NCBI GenBank assembly: GCA_002269645.1
Contig: NIVC01003604.1
Location: forward strand, 1 to 64,000
Reading direction: 5' to 3'
Origin: Macrostomum lignano
Taxonomy: Eukaryota
Length of the DNA stretch: 64,000 bases
A program made the translations under genes and the position numbers. Position 1 is the stretch's first letter. The number at the start of each line of letters is the position of its first letter. This document shows positions 24,599-38,639 of this stretch, one piece after another. The notes beneath the pieces are model-generated. The model ran no database searches. It worked only from the letters and a program-made list of their open reading frames with translations, and was not told the origin of the DNA.

Positions 24599-24721
24599 AA
24601 GACGCCCTCATTTTTTAATTGCTATTTCTTATAGACGTGTAATTCAAGCACATTGAGCTTAGCGGCAGAGAAACAAGGGACGCGTGTTTAACAAACAAAG
24701 TAGGGGAGAGGGGCAGGGAAA

Positions 24722-25122
24722 AGAGTAGACAGAGATGCAGATAAAGATTAGACAGTGATGCAGACAGATTAGACAGAGATACAGACAGAGTAGAAAGAGA
24801 TGCAGACAGAGTAGACAGAGATGCAGATAGAGAGAAGACAGAGATGCAGACAGAGTAGACAGAGATGCAGATAGAGTAGACAGAGATGCAGATAGAGTAG
24901 ACAGAGATGCAGACAGAGTAGACAGAGATGCAGATAGAGAGAAGACAGAGATGCAGACAGAGTAGACAGAGATGCAGATAGAGAGAAGACAGAGATGCAG
25001 ACAGAGTAGACAGAGATGCAGACAGAGTAGACAGAGATGCAGACAGAGTAGACAGAGATGCAGATAGAGTAGACAGAGATGCAGACAGAGTAGACAGAGA
25101 TGCAGATAGAGTAGACAAAGAT
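24722..25122. repeat. 21-bp minisatellite GACAGAGTAGACAGAGATGCA
   Basis: Directly visible; same family as 27920-29490. Confidence 0.96.
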
Positions 25123-25849
25123 GCTTTTACATTATTGTAGGAACAAAACAGATTGGAATGTTGAAACAAACCAGAGTCCCTGGTTTCTACGCGGCTCACT
25201 ATGTGTATCCCAAGAAAGAATTACCTAATAGATAGGTAAACTATAGATAAGGATCATTCGTATATCTATTAGAAATCAAAACGCAAATTTACTTTTGAAT
25301 AATAAAACTTGTGAAAAAACACCATAAAAGAGAAGGAGCTTTTCCTGCCATCGCGACAAATTTCTCTCTAAATCCGTGTTTAACTGTCGGGAAAAGCAGA
25401 TATTGAAACAAGCGGCAGACCTTAATCCCAAATCCTACAGGCATTTCCGGAGCATCCAGTTTGAGGATTAGAGTTGAGAAATTATTTGGAAGTCAGAATG
25501 TAAATAATGCATAAAATTCCGCGGGTCCTCATGATTCACAGAATTAAAGATTATAAATAACTGCTTCATCATATATATATTTGACATGTGGCAATAACAA
25601 AACTGAGTTATTTTCATTCAATGCATGATGATATGCACCTTTGAAAACTAACATTATAAAAACCGGATGACTGAACAATTTGCAACTGTCTGGGCTCCAG
25701 TAACCGCTGAATGAGCAAGCTGCAAAGGTGACAGTGACAAGCGAAACCTCTCAATCCAGAGAGAGCTAGGAGTTCTCAAATTAAATGGAGTCGAAAACTA
25801 GTGGGAGAGAGAGGATCAGGGGAGGGCATCATGAAAGGAGAGGGAGAGG

Positions 25850-26320
25850 GATAAGAGAAAGGGGATTAGAGAGGGGATCTGAGAAAGTGGATTAGAGACG
25901 GGATCTGAGAAAGGGGATTAGAGAGGGGATCTGAGAAAGGGGACTAGAGAGGGGATCTGAGAAAGGGGATTAGAGAGGTGATCTGAGAAAGGGGATTAGA
26001 GACGGGATCTGAGAAAGGGGATTAGAGAGGTGATCTGAGAAAGGGGATTAGAGACGGGATCTGAGAAAGGGGATTAGAGAGGGGATCTGAGAAAGGGGAT
26101 TAGAGACAGGGATCTGAGAAAGGGGATTAGAGAGGGGATCTGAGAAAGTGGATTAGAGACGGGATCTGAGAAAGGGGATTAGAGAGGGGATATGAGAAAG
26201 GGGATTAGAGACAGGATCTGAGAAGGGAATTAGAGAGGGGAGCTGGGAAATGAGATTAGAGACCGGGGATCTGAGAAGGGGATTAGAGAGGGGATCTAAA
26301 AAGGGGATTAGTGAGGGAGA
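25850..26320. repeat. 26-bp minisatellite GAGAAAGGGGATTAGAGAGGGGATCT
   Basis: Directly visible. Confidence 0.96.
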
Positions 26321-26366
26321 TAAGCGCCACGAATATCCTCAAACAACATCTTAACGGCACCCCTCA

Positions 26367-29300
26367 TCAGATGCTGGCAGAGTAGGTCTCAGCGTCACCA
26401 GCCAGCCGCTGAACAGTCTCAGGGTCCAGCGCAGCCGATCCAGTCAGCAGTTCCAGCTCGCCAGTGTCTCCAATAGCGAAATCGTCTTCAAGTCGAACAC
26501 CGCCAAGTCCGCGGAACTCCTGATGCACCAGCTGACAGTCAGGGGACAGGTAGAGCCCCGGCTCCAGGGGAAACACCACGCCACACTGCAGAGGCTCCGA
26601 CCTGGACACGCTGGGCGTATCGTGGACGTCCATGCCGAGATAGTGAGACACGTGATGAGGACAGAGGGCGTGGCACAGCGCGTGAGAGCTCAGGCTGGCC
26701 CCCGCCTCGGTGAGCATCGAGGCTTCAATGAGGCGAGCCCGCAGCTTCTGGCCCATGTACAGGTGGACATCGTCAAGCGACACTCCGATCCGACAATGAT
26801 CCCGACAGTCAATCAGTAGCTGACGGACAATCTCGTAGGCAACTAGCTGATGAGGCGTGAAACCGTCCGGGGAGGCTGGCCAGGTTCGAGTGATGTCGCT
26901 AACGTAGCCTTGGACATCAGCGCCGGAGTCGGCAAGGATGAGGTCGGGCGGCTGCACCGGCCGGTTGTTCTTCATGTAGTGAATCACCGTGGAGCGCTGG
27001 CCGCCGCCTGGCGAGAATGAGGGAATAGTGGAAAAATGAGCATTATAGGAGATGGATATAGTCTCTCGTTCAGAAGGGAGAAATAAGTAGATAGTGGAGA
27101 AGTAGACAGATAGAAGCCAAGTAGGCAGGAGAAAAGGTAGGAGAGAATTAGACAGAGGAGAGAAGTAGACAGAGAGGAAAGAAATTAGAAATAAAGAAGA
27201 GAAAGTAGACATAAAGGAGAGAAGTAGACAGAGAGGAGAAGAGTAGACAGAGGAGAGAAGTAGATATAAAGGAGAGAAGTAGACATAGAGGAGAGAAGTA
27301 GACATTAAGGAGAGAAAATAGACATTAAGGAGAGAAAGTACACATGAAGGAGAGGAGTAGACATAAAGGAGAGAATAGACATAGAGAGAAAAGTAGACAG
27401 GGGAGAAGTAGACATAAAGGAGAGAAGTAGACATAGAGGAGAAAAGTAGGCAGGAGAGAAGTAGACAGAGAGAAGTACATATAGCCATGAGAGACAGACG
27501 GAGAGATGAAAGAAAATTTGATATCTCAGGTCAGAAAATGTCGTTTTATTATTTCAAATCCAAGCTACGCATTTAAGGTGCACACGCAGCAACTGCAGAC
27601 AGACAGACAGATAAGAAGCCATTTTAGCTGCTAAACTCAAGCCAAGACTAATTTCCTATCATGCCGTGTTGCAAAGGATTTAGAGAAATTGATTTTGACT
27701 GGCAGAGAAAAAATGATATTCACAAGACTTTTGAGAAGTTGCTGAGAACTACAATGCACACGAGTAGAGTTACGATTGCAAGATTTGAAAACCTTATAAA
27801 AAGAAATATGAGCTGCCAGACTTCATCATTATTTGAGAGAAAAAACTCTTTAGAAGTAGGCAGGGTGGAGCGAGGGCGATTTTGAGGGAGTAGAGAGAGG
27901 CAGGGAAATGGGATGGACATATGCAGATAGAGAGTAGACAGGGATGCAGACAGAGTAAACAGAGATACAGACAGAGTAGACAGAGATGCAGACAGAGTAG
28001 ACAGAGATGCAGACAGAGTAGACAGAGATGCAGACAGAGAATAGACAGAGATGCAGACAGAGATGCAGACAGAGAGTAGACAAAGATGCAGACAGAGTAG
28101 ACAGAGATGCAGACAGAGTAGACAGAGATGCAGACAGAGAGTAGACAGGGATGCAGACAGAGAGTAGACAGAGATGCAGACAGAGAGTAGACAGAGATGC
28201 AGACAGAGAGTAGACAGAGATGCAGACAGAGAGTAGACAGAGATGCAGACAGAGAGTAGACAGAGATGCAGACAGAGAGTAGACAGAGATGCAAACAGAG
28301 AGTAGACAAAGATGCAGACAGAGTAAACAGAGATACAGACAGAGTAGACAGAGATGCAGACAGAGTAGACAGAGATGCAGACAGAGAGTAGACAGGGATG
28401 CAGACAGAGAGTAGACAGGGATGCAGACAGAGAGTAGACAGAGATGCAGACAGAGAGTAGACAGAGATGCAGACAGAGAGTAGACAGAGATGCAAACAGA
28501 GAGTAGACAAAGATGCAGACAGAGTAAACAGAGATACAGACAGAGTAGACAGAGATGCAGACAGAGTAGACAGAGATGCAAACAGAGAGTAGACAAAGAT
28601 GCAGACAGAGTAAACAGAGATACAGACAGAGTAGACAGAGATGCAGACAGAGTAGACAGAGATGCAGACAGAGAGTAGACAGGGATGCAGACAGAGAGTA
28701 GACAGGGATGCAGACAGAGAGTAGACAGAGATGCAGACAGAGAGTAGACAGAGATGCAGACAGAGAGTAGACAGAGATGCAAACAGAGAGTAGACAAAGA
28801 TGCAGACAGAGTAAACAGAGATGCAGACAGAGAGTAGACAGAGATGCAGACAGAGAGTAGACAGAGATGCAAACAGAGAGTAGACAAAGATGCAGACAGA
28901 GTAAACAGAGATACAGACAGAGTAGACAGAGATGCAGACAGAGTAGACAGAGATGCAGACAGAGAGTAGACAGGGATGCAGACAGAGAGTAGACAGAGAT
29001 GCAGACAGAGAGTAGACAGAGATGCAGACAGAGAGTAGACAGAGATGCAGACAGAGAGTAGACAGAGATGCAGACAGAGAGTAGACAGAGATGCAAACAG
29101 AGAGTAGACAAAGATGCAGACAGAGTAAACAGAGATACAAACAGAGTAGACAGAGATGCAGACAGAGTAGACAGAGATGCAGACAGAGAGTAGACAGGGA
29201 TGCAGACAGAGAGTAGACAGAGATGCAGACAGAGAGTAGACAGAGATGCAGACAGAGAGTAGACAGAGATGCAGACAGAGAGTAGACAGAGATGCAGACA

Positions 29301-32300
29301 GAGAGTAGACAGAGATGCAGACAGAGAGTAGACAGAGATGCAGACAGAGAGTAGACAGAGATGCAGACAGAGAGTAGACAGAGATGCAGACAGAGAGTAG
29401 ACAGAGATGCAAACAGAGAGTAGACAGAGATGCAGACAGAGTAAACAGAGATACAGACAGAGTAGACAGAGATGCAGACAGAGTAGACCCAGCAGTGCTA
29501 TAGTACCAAGAAGGGTAAAGCGAGAGTAATGAGCAATAATCAAGGTACAACTGGGCGTGAGAATTAGAAAAAAGTTTAACACGACCGCTCTCTGTGAAGC
29601 TGGGCTTCAATGAATAGATTAGGTTTTTTCCCAGCTGATGCAGAATTTATTTGATTTAAAATCGGATTCGGCTTTGCTTTGATCTCTGACCGACTCCCGA
29701 CTTTCTGAGAGCAGATGCATCGAAAAGTTGATTGGGGATGAGAGAGACGGAGACAGAGAGAACTTTTGAATTTTTTGCATAGCCATACGGAATAAAATCA
29801 CTTCTATGTGATGCATTAGTAAATGTCAAGTATGACTCATTGCATCTGTAAATCCTGTCTCCATATCTATCACTTGAGTATCCCTACATCTATCACTTGA
29901 GTATCCCTACATCTATCACTTGAGTATCCCTACATCTATCACTTGAGTATCCCTACATCTATCACTTGAGTATCCGTATATCTATCACTTGAGTATCCCT
30001 ACATCTATCACTTGAGTATCCCTACATCTATCACTTGAGTATCCCTACATCTATCACTTGAGTATCCCTACATCTATCACTTGAGTATCCGTATATCTAT
30101 CACTTGAGTATCCCTATATCTATCACTTGAGTATCCCTACATCTATCACTTGAGTATCCCTATATCTATCACTTGAGTATCCCTACATCTATCACTTGAG
30201 TATCCCTACATCTATCACTTGAGTATCCCTATATCTATCACTTGAGTATCCCTACATCTATCACTTGAGTATCCCTACATCTATCACTTGAGTATCCCTA
30301 TATCTATCACTTGAGTATCCCTATATCTATCACTTGAGTATCCCTACATCTATCACTTGAGTATCCCTACATCTATCACTTGAGTATCCCTATATCTATC
30401 ACTTGAGTATCCCTACATCTATCACTTGAGTATCCCTACATCTATCACTTGAGTATCCCTATATCTATCACTTGAGTATCCCTACATCTATCACTTGAGT
30501 ATCCCTATATCTATCACTTGAGTATCCCTACATCTATCACTTGAGTATCCCTACATCTATCACTTGAGTATCCCTACATCTATCACTTGAGTATCCCTAT
30601 ATCTATCACTTGAGTATCCCTACATCTATCACTTGAGTATCCCTATATCTATCACTTGAGTATCCCTACATCTATCACTTGAGTATCCCTACATCTATCA
30701 CTTGAGTATCCCTATATCTATCACTTGAGTATCCCTACATCTATCACTTGAGTATCCCTATATCTATCACTTGAGTATCCCTACATCTATCACTTGAGTA
30801 TCCCTATATCTATCACTTGAGTATCCCTACATCTATCACTTGAGTATCCCTATATCTATCACTTGAGTATCCCTACATCTATCACTTGAGTATCCCTACA
30901 TCTATCCATAGAGTATCCCTACATCTATCACTAAAGTATCCCTAGATCTACCCTACAGTAATCCCTAGATCTACCCTACAGTAATCTCCACATCCATCCC
31001 TACAGTAATCAATACATCTAAACTACGATATCCCTACATCTAACCTACAATATCCCTACATCTAACCTACAATATCCCTACATCTAACCTACAATATCCC
31101 TACATCTAACCTACAATATCCCTACATCTAACCTACAATAATCCCTGCATCTAACCTATAGTAATCCCTACATCTATCACTACTATTTGGCAGCCATAAA
31201 TGTCCCAAAACTAACTCACCAATCACAGGCGGATAGGCCAACCGATCCGCTCCCAGCCTTCGACATTCAAAGTCCAACACGGCCCACACGGCAGCCTCAT
31301 TAATATCCGGCTTAGTCGCTCTCATAGCCGAGTTCATCGCCTCAGAACCGATTAGAGCCGCTCGACGCATGACAGCTAACTCTTTGGCTGACTTACGCCA
31401 TCGAACTCGGTCCAACACGGGCTCAATGTTGGCCACTGCCTGCGGGCCGCGCTGTTTCACAGCTGCTAAAACCAGACTGCGATCCAGATTGCCATTGGCT
31501 GGCTCTTTGTAGTTGTACCATAGAGCTAACCTGGGGTGAGGGCGGCGATGTATGTCTGAGTTTAAGTCTCGTATTTCTAATTTGTATGAGATGTTATCAT
31601 TGAGTCGTTTCATACGACTCTGTATCTCCGCTGCCCATCTTCTTACCTCTCCGCTTCCCAACTCCTAAATCTCTACTCCCGTCTCCCTGCATCTCTACTC
31701 CCTGTCTCAATGCACCTCTACTCCCCGTCTCCCTGCACCTCTGCTACCCTTCGCCGTCTCAATGCACCTCTACTCCCCGTCTCCCTGAACCTCTACTCCC
31801 CGTCTCAATGCACCTCTACTCCCCGTCTCCCTGCACCTCTACTCCCCGTCTCAATGCACCTCTACTCCCCGTCTCCCTGCACCTCTACTCCCCGTCTCAA
31901 TGCACCTCTACTCCCCGTCTCAATGCACCTCTACTCCCCGTCTCAATGCACCTCTACTCCCCGTCTCAATGCACCTCTACTCCCCGTTTCAATGCACCCC
32001 TACTCCCCGTCTCAATGCACCTCTACTCCCCGTCTCAATGCACCTCTACTCCCCGTTTCAATGCACCCCTACTCCCCGTCTCCCTATATCTCTACTCCCC
32101 GTATCCCTATATCTCTACTCCCCGTATCCCTATATCTCTACTCCCCGTATCCCTATATCTCTACTCCCCGTATCCCTATATCTCTACTCCCCGTATCCCT
32201 TTATCTCTACTCCCCGTCTCCCTATATCTCTACTCCCCGTCTCCCTTTATCTCTACTCCCCGTCTCCCTATATCTCTACTCCCCGTCTCCCTATATCTCT

Positions 32301-35300
32301 ACTCCCCGTCTCCCTATATCTCTACTCACCGTCTCCCTATATCTCTACTCCCCGTCTCCCTATATCTCTACTCACCGTCTCCCTATATCTCTACTCCCCG
32401 TCTCCCTATATCTCTACTCCCCGTATCCCTATATCTCTACTCCCCGTCTCCCTATATCTCTACTCCCGTCTCCCTATATCTCTACACCCGTCTCCCTATA
32501 TCTCTACTCCCGTCTCCCTATATCTCTACTCCACATCTCCCTACATCTCTACTCCCTCTATGCTTAATCTTTTCTCAAAAAAATCTCCCTACATCTCTAC
32601 TCCCTCTATCCCTGAATCTGTTCTCCATCTATCCCCACATCTCTTCTCCCCACTTCCCTACATCTCTACTTCCTATCTGCCTACATCTCTTCTCCCTGTA
32701 TCCCTGAATCTCTCTTTTTTCAGATCTTCCTATCCCAATGTCGTATTATATCTCTACCATATCCTATCCGCCTACTCAGTTATTTATATTCAAATCAAGC
32801 AACGCTTTGAATAAAATAGCTGATATTAACAAAAAATATTTTCAAGCAAAATCGCATTAAAAACAAACAGATATTCAAATCACGCATAGGGGATTTATAA
32901 ATCCGTTGCCATGGCAGCACTTAACTACACCGCTATAAATCAATTGTCTCCTCCTACATGCATAGAAATAGGAAATGTGAAATTCCCTCGCTAAAACAAG
33001 CAGCAGTTCGCTAGAAAACCAACAGACTAGTTGAAGATTTTTGGTTTCGAGGTGAGTCTCTAGTAAAATAGCAAAAAAATTGGTCAGATTTTTTGGCCAA
33101 TAAATGAAATGAGATGCCGGGTAACTAATGCATTTCAAAATGATAAGGAAAAAGATACAATAGTCTACAGTATGCGGGTGAAGATATGATCTTAAACTAT
33201 GTGAAAGCGGTTATAAATGGACACTTCACATTCAATAGCATCAGATGATCTTTATTTGAACTCCATATGATCTCTACATGGCAATACAGATTTAATTTTT
33301 GCTAAAATCGATCACATACCTACCTAGATAGATACCTACCGGCAGACCATTTTTAGTATATAGATCTAACCCCTGACTCCCTGCATCTTAATACCTGCCT
33401 TCTTGCATCTCACTCTGTGTCCCTAAATCTCACTCCTTGTCTCCTTGCATCTCACTCCTTGTCTCCTTGCATCTCACTCTCTGTCTCCCTACATCCTAAT
33501 TTCCGTCTCCTTGCATCCAACTACCTGTATCCCTGCATCTCACTCCCTGTCTCCTACATCCTAATTTCCGTCTCCCTGCATCTCACTACCTGTCTCCCTG
33601 ACTCTCCCTCCCTGTCTCCATGCATCTCCCTCCTTGTCTCCCTGCATCTCACTCCCTGTCTCCCTGCATCTCACTACCTGTCTCCCTGACTCTCACTCCC
33701 TGTCTCCCTGCATCTCACTACCTGTCTCCCTGAATCTCACTCCCTGTCTCCATGCATCACACTCCTTGTCTCCCTGCATCTCACTCCTTGTCTCCCTGCA
33801 TCTCACTACCTGTCTCCCTGAATCTCACTCCCTGCATTTTACAGTCTATAAACTTTTAGACAATATTATACTGATTACTCAACTTTCACAATTTTGATTT
33901 TCCCTATCGCCGAAATTAAATGATGATTTTTAACTTTCAATTTTCAAATTTCAAGCTTGCGGTATTGACTTTTATTTTACTACAAACAACGCACCACCTT
34001 TAGTATTAAGATTATGAGCTATTATAGAGCAGAATGGTAGCATTTGAATCCAATTTCATCCAGACACTGATAGTAAGATAAGGTTGCTACGAGCTATTTA
34101 TAGTTTTCCCGACCTTATCCGATACCAGTAATAACATTAAAATACTACTCACCAGCCACATTACTAAGAACTGGGTCATTTTTAAGCGTCAGAACCGGAT
34201 GCGTCTCCCGAGGGATTTAAATTTAGGATAGCCAGCTGGCATCAGTCAAAAATTCATAATCAAATAAAACGCTCAACATCTTTATACCCTACCCTTAACA
34301 CTGCTGAGCCTCTCTGACCAACAGAAGTTTCAGAAGTCTGCAGACTCCATGTTTATAGATTAACTCAATCAAATTTGACAATTAATAGAAGTATTGAAAT
34401 ATCCAATCAGCTTAATGATTACATATAAATAATTCCAGACATAAAGACTGAACTGGAGCACAAAAATCAATACTGATTAGCTTTTTAAAGTAGGCCTTAA
34501 CTGAAACAAAGACTCAAATCTTAATTAAAACAGACTTAAGTTTTAACAAAAACAAAGACTCGAGCCTCAACTGAAACAAAGACTCAAATCTTAATTAAAA
34601 CAGACTTAAGTTTTAACAAAAACAAAGACTCGAGCCTCAACTGAAACAAAGACTCAAATCTTAATTAAAACAGACTTAAGTTTTAACAAAAACAAAGACT
34701 CGAGCCTCAACTGAAACAAAGACTCAAATCTTAATTAAAACAGACTTAAGTTTTAACAAAAACAAAGACTCGAGCCTCAACTGAAACAAAGACTCAAGTG
34801 TTAACTAAAAGAAAGAATCACGTCTAAACTTAAACAAGGACTTAATAATCAACTGAAACAAAGACTTAAGTCTCACCGAAACAAAGACTTAAGTCTCACC
34901 GAAACAAAGACTAAGTCTAAACTAAAACAAAGACTCAAGCATAGACTAAAACAAAGACTCAAGTCCCACACAAAGACTTAGGTCTAAACTAAACCAAAGA
35001 CTCAAATCTTAATTAAAACAGACTTAAGTCTAAACTAAACCAAAGACTCAAATCTTAATTAAAACAGACTTAAGTCTAAACTAAACCAAAGACTCAAATC
35101 TTAATTAAAACAGACTTAAGTCTAAACTAAACCAAAGACTCAAATCTTAATTAAAACAGACTTAAGTCTAAACTAAACCAAAGACTCAAATCTTAATTAA
35201 AACAGACTTAAGTCTTAACAAAAACAAAAACTCGAGCCTCAACTAAAACAAAGACTCAAGTCTCAACTGAAACAAAGACTCAAATCCCAACTGAAACAAA

Positions 35301-37981
35301 GACTCAAGTTTGAACTAAAACAAAGACTCAAGTTTTAATTAAACCAAAGACCAAAGACCAAGTATAGACTAAAACAAAGACTTCAGACGTTGCCCAATAG
35401 AAAATATCGTCTTTAGCAAAAAGAGAATACACTGAACTCACTTTCCCTTAGCGCTAGTCATCTGGTCAGCCAAAAACTTGGCCGCCTCCTCATCCTCGGT
35501 GTACAATCCAGAATTAGCCGGATCTAGCAGGCCCGCCCGTTGGGCAGCTTCAACGGGCGTCGGCTCACCACCGTCCCACAGTCGCTCAGTCTCCGACTGT
35601 CGATGCACCAGCAGGCGCGCCGTGTCAAAGTCGCTAACACCCGAACCACCGTTGCAAGCCAGCACCAGCATGGCATCGGCGCCCAGGTGCCCGGTCAGGT
35701 AGCGGAAATACGAATTCTGCCGCATAGTGTAGGGCACGTGATGCGCCATGAACTGCTGCTGAGCCGACGGTACCAGTAGTATGTGACGGTCAAAATCCGC
35801 GAACTGCTTGTCGCTTGACAGTCGGCGGGTGAACTCTTCGAATAGGAGGCGTCTGGGGAGGGGTTGAAAGATACAGAGTGTGAGTGAGTGCCTGCGTACA
35901 GTATTGCAACTGACTAGATCGCAGATACTACGCTAGTATAAAGATATGTTTTTGATTAGAACAGTATCCCTGGCGCACTTTAAGAAGCGGCATTGTCACA
36001 CAACCGGCGAGAGACATTACTACCCGTTCCGCCGACTCCCCTGAGCAGGCACACAAGCGCGCGGAGGGAGAGGGTGGGAGACACAGGCACATACTCACAC
36101 AGGCCCTTTATTTATCGTTAGGCATGTACACTTCACTGTGCCTTGGGAGCTGGCCCTCAAAGCCGTTAATTGCACGAGCAGAGCCAAGCCGAGATTCCAA
36201 TTTAGCCCCAATGTTAATGTGACTGCATTTGGAATCGAGCCTGGGCCGCTGGCACATCAGAGCCTGCGCTAGACCGCTAGGCTACGGCCTTCCTAACTAG
36301 ATATGCCAGTCATAATTAACTGGCCAATCTCCCAAAACACCATCAGTGTGTTCAATGCTGTAGCTGAAGATAAAACGAGTCCGGGCCAACTGCATGCCTC
36401 CTTACCGACAGGCATTAACCATCTAATCAGTTGCAGCAATTTGTTAGTGAAGTGTAACAGTCAGTTTCCCCATAACTTCAACAGATAAAAGTGCAGATCG
36501 CCGGTATGTATCGAAAATAACATTTCAGTTTTGACGCTTTATCTCTAACGGGGGCGTGAAAAAAAGCGGATGAAAAAGATATGGGACAGGGTGAGGGAGA
36601 GGGTGAGAGAGATAGAAGCAGGGTGAGGGAGAGGGTGAGAGAGATAGGGACAGGGAGAGGGAGAGGGTGAGAAAGATAGGGACAGGGAGAGGGAGAGGGT
36701 GAGAGAGATAGGGACAGGGAGAGGGTGAGGGTGAGAGAGATAGGGACAGGGAGAGGGTGAGGGTGAGAGAGATAGAAGCAGGGTGAGGGAGAGGGTGAGA
36801 GAGATAGGGACATGAAGAGAGTGAGAGAGAGATAGGGACAGGGAGAGGGTGAGAGAGAGATAGGGACAGGGAGAGGGTGAGAGAGAGATAGGGACAGGGA
36901 GAGGGTGAGAGAGAGATAGGGACAGGGAGAGGGTGAGAGAGAGAGATGGGGACAGGGAGAGGGAGAGGGTGAGAGAGAGATAGGGACAGGGAGAGGGTGA
37001 GAGAGATAGGGACAGGGAGAGGGTGAGAGAGAGATAGGGACAGGGAGAGGGTGAGGGTGAGAGAGATAGAAGCAAGGTGAGGGAGAGGGTGAGAGAGATA
37101 GGGACATGAAGAGAGTGAGAGAGAGATAGGGACAGGGAGAGGGTGAGAGAGAGATAGGGACAGGGAGAGGGAGGGTGAGAGAGATAGAAGCAGGGTGAGG
37201 GAGAGGGTGAGAGAGATAGGGACATGAAGAGAGTGAGAGAGAGATAGGGACAGGGAGAGGGTGAGAGAGAGATAGGGACAGGGAGAGGGTGAGAGAGAGA
37301 TAGGGACAGGGAGAGGGTGAGAGAGAGAGATGGGGACAGGGAGAGGCAGAGGGTGAGAGAGAGATAGGGACAGGGAGAGAGTGAGAGAGAGAGATAGGGA
37401 CAGGGAGAGGGAGAGGGTGAGAGAGAGATGGGGACAGGGAGAGGGTGAGAGAGAGATAGGGACAGGGAGAGGGTGAGAGAGAGAGATGGGGACAGGGAGA
37501 GGGTGAGAGAGAGATAGGGACAGGGAGAGGGTGAGAGAGAGAGATGGGGACAGGGAGAGGGAGAGGGTGAGAGAGAGATAGGGACAGGGAGAGGGAGAGG
37601 GTGAGAGAGAGATGGGGACAGGGAGAGGGTGAGAGAGAGATGGGGACAGGGAGAGGGAGAGAGCGCGCGGCAACCCAGCAGGCAGCTGTAGAGAGCAGAA
37701 TCCAAAGTCCAAAAAGCAGCAGTCAACAAGGCCACAGGCCAGCCATATCTAAAGCATTTCGCGCACCTTCGCTCAGCATAGTCAGCTGGCGTGAACGGAT
37801 CCAAATAGAAGTGACCACTCCGCGGCAACAGCAGCTCCGGACCGTCCAGATGGGACGGCGTTGAAGAACCCGATGACGTGGTTGATGAAGATTGAGCAGG
37901 CGAGGCTGATGCAGTGTAAGAGGAGCTGCTGCTGCTGCTGCTGCTTAGGAAGCGACGGCAGGCGCTAAATTTACGAAGCAT
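26367..37981 (-). CDS. XPNPEP3: Xaa-Pro aminopeptidase 3 / mitochondrial intermediate cleaving peptidase (Icp55), 525 aa; 4 exons
   Basis: Exons 37981-37767, 35852-35442, 31530-31220, 27007-26367. Phases 2/2/1 match and the total is 1578 nt (526 codons). Arg/Ser-rich targeting-like N-terminus MLRKFSACRRFLSS. M24B motifs: PYTMRQNSYFRYLTG, RWRKSAKEL, LAYPPVIGGG..ST.IHY, D-S-G...YVSDITRTWP, PHHVSHYLGMDVHD, LEPGLY, GVRLEDD. Confidence 0.95.
27085..27510. repeat. Degenerate ~19-bp purine-rich repeat (AAGGAGAGAAGTAGACAT-like) in XPNPEP3 intron 3
   Basis: Directly visible. Confidence 0.85.
27920..29490. repeat. 21/23-bp minisatellite GACAGAGATGCAGACAGA(GA)GTA in XPNPEP3 intron 3
   Basis: Directly visible. 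Confidence 0.97.
29866..31170. repeat. 23-bp minisatellite TATCACTTGAGTATCCCTA(C/T)ATC (~46 copies) grading into a 22-bp variant CTAACCTACAATATCCCTACAT
   Basis: Directly visible. Confidence 0.97.
31665..32720. repeat. 23-bp pyrimidine-rich minisatellite CTCTACTCCCCGTCTC(AATGCAC to CCTATAT) in XPNPEP3 intron 2
   Basis: Directly visible; the unit changes part-way along the array. Confidence 0.96.
33380..33835. repeat. ~22-bp minisatellite CTCCCTGCATCTCACTCCCTGT
   Basis: Directly visible. Confidence 0.9.
34480..35385. repeat. AAACAAAGACT-based repeat with 70-bp and 46-bp higher-order periods
   Basis: CGAGCCTCAACTG recurs at 34561, 34631, 34701 and 34771; the later block has a 46-bp period. 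Confidence 0.9.
35955..36293 (-). mobile_element. Full-length tRNA-derived SINE family A in XPNPEP3 intron 1
   Basis: Minus-strand head GGAAGGCCGTAGCCTAGCGG (A-box-like) ... GGCTCGATTCC (B-box-like). Body and 3' part are shared with 50184-50525. Confidence 0.85.
36580..37660. repeat. G-rich ~26-28 bp minisatellite GAGAGAGATAGGGACAGGGAGAGGGT in XPNPEP3 intron 1
   Basis: Directly visible. Confidence 0.96.
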
Positions 37982-38029
37982 TCTTAGGCATGCAAAATGT
38001 TCAAAGGAATCGCTAAATGTCAGTCGTTG

Positions 38030-38345
38030 AATGTCGTTGAATGACAGTCAAATGTCACTGGCTAGTCAAATGTCACTGACAGTCAAAAGTCACTGGCTAG
38101 TCAAATGTCTCTGCCTAGTCTAATGTCTCTGGCTAGTCAAATGTCACTGACAGTCAAAAGTCACTGACAGTCAAATGTCACTGACTAGTCAAATGTCACT
38201 GACTAGTCAAATGTCACTGACAGTCAAATGTTACTGACAATCAAATGTCACTGACAGTCAAGTGTCACTGGCTAGTCAAATGTCACGGAGAATCAAATGT
38301 CACTGAAAGTAAAATGTCACTGACAGTCACATGTCACTGATAGTC
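38030..38345. repeat. 17-18 bp repeat TCAAATGTCACTGAC(T)AG
   Basis: Directly visible. Confidence 0.92.
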
Positions 38346-38639
38346 AGTTTTTGCTGATCAACTGACAGTTTGTAGGTAACTAGACGATATAAAAAATGAT
38401 TTACTTTTCAAAATTTCCTTTCAAATTTGTTTGTCTAAAAATCTAACAGCTAATTGTAATAAGCTTAACGAAAAATGAATACGACAAGATTATAAAAAAT
38501 TGTTTTCCACAAATTTATTTGAAAATTTAATCAAATGACAGCAAATGGTCATGCACACCTTTATTAAACTGGAGGCCAAGGCCTGTACATTAGTCCGATG
38601 AACTTAATTGATAAAAATGCAAATAACTAATTAATATTC

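Noticed and set aside
29866-30930. CRISPR-like regular 23-bp array
   Set aside because: The units are head-to-tail with no unique spacers, there are no cas genes, and the context is a eukaryotic intron.
27720-37712. Several 280-620 aa low-complexity ORFs
   Set aside because: All coincide with intronic minisatellites of XPNPEP3.
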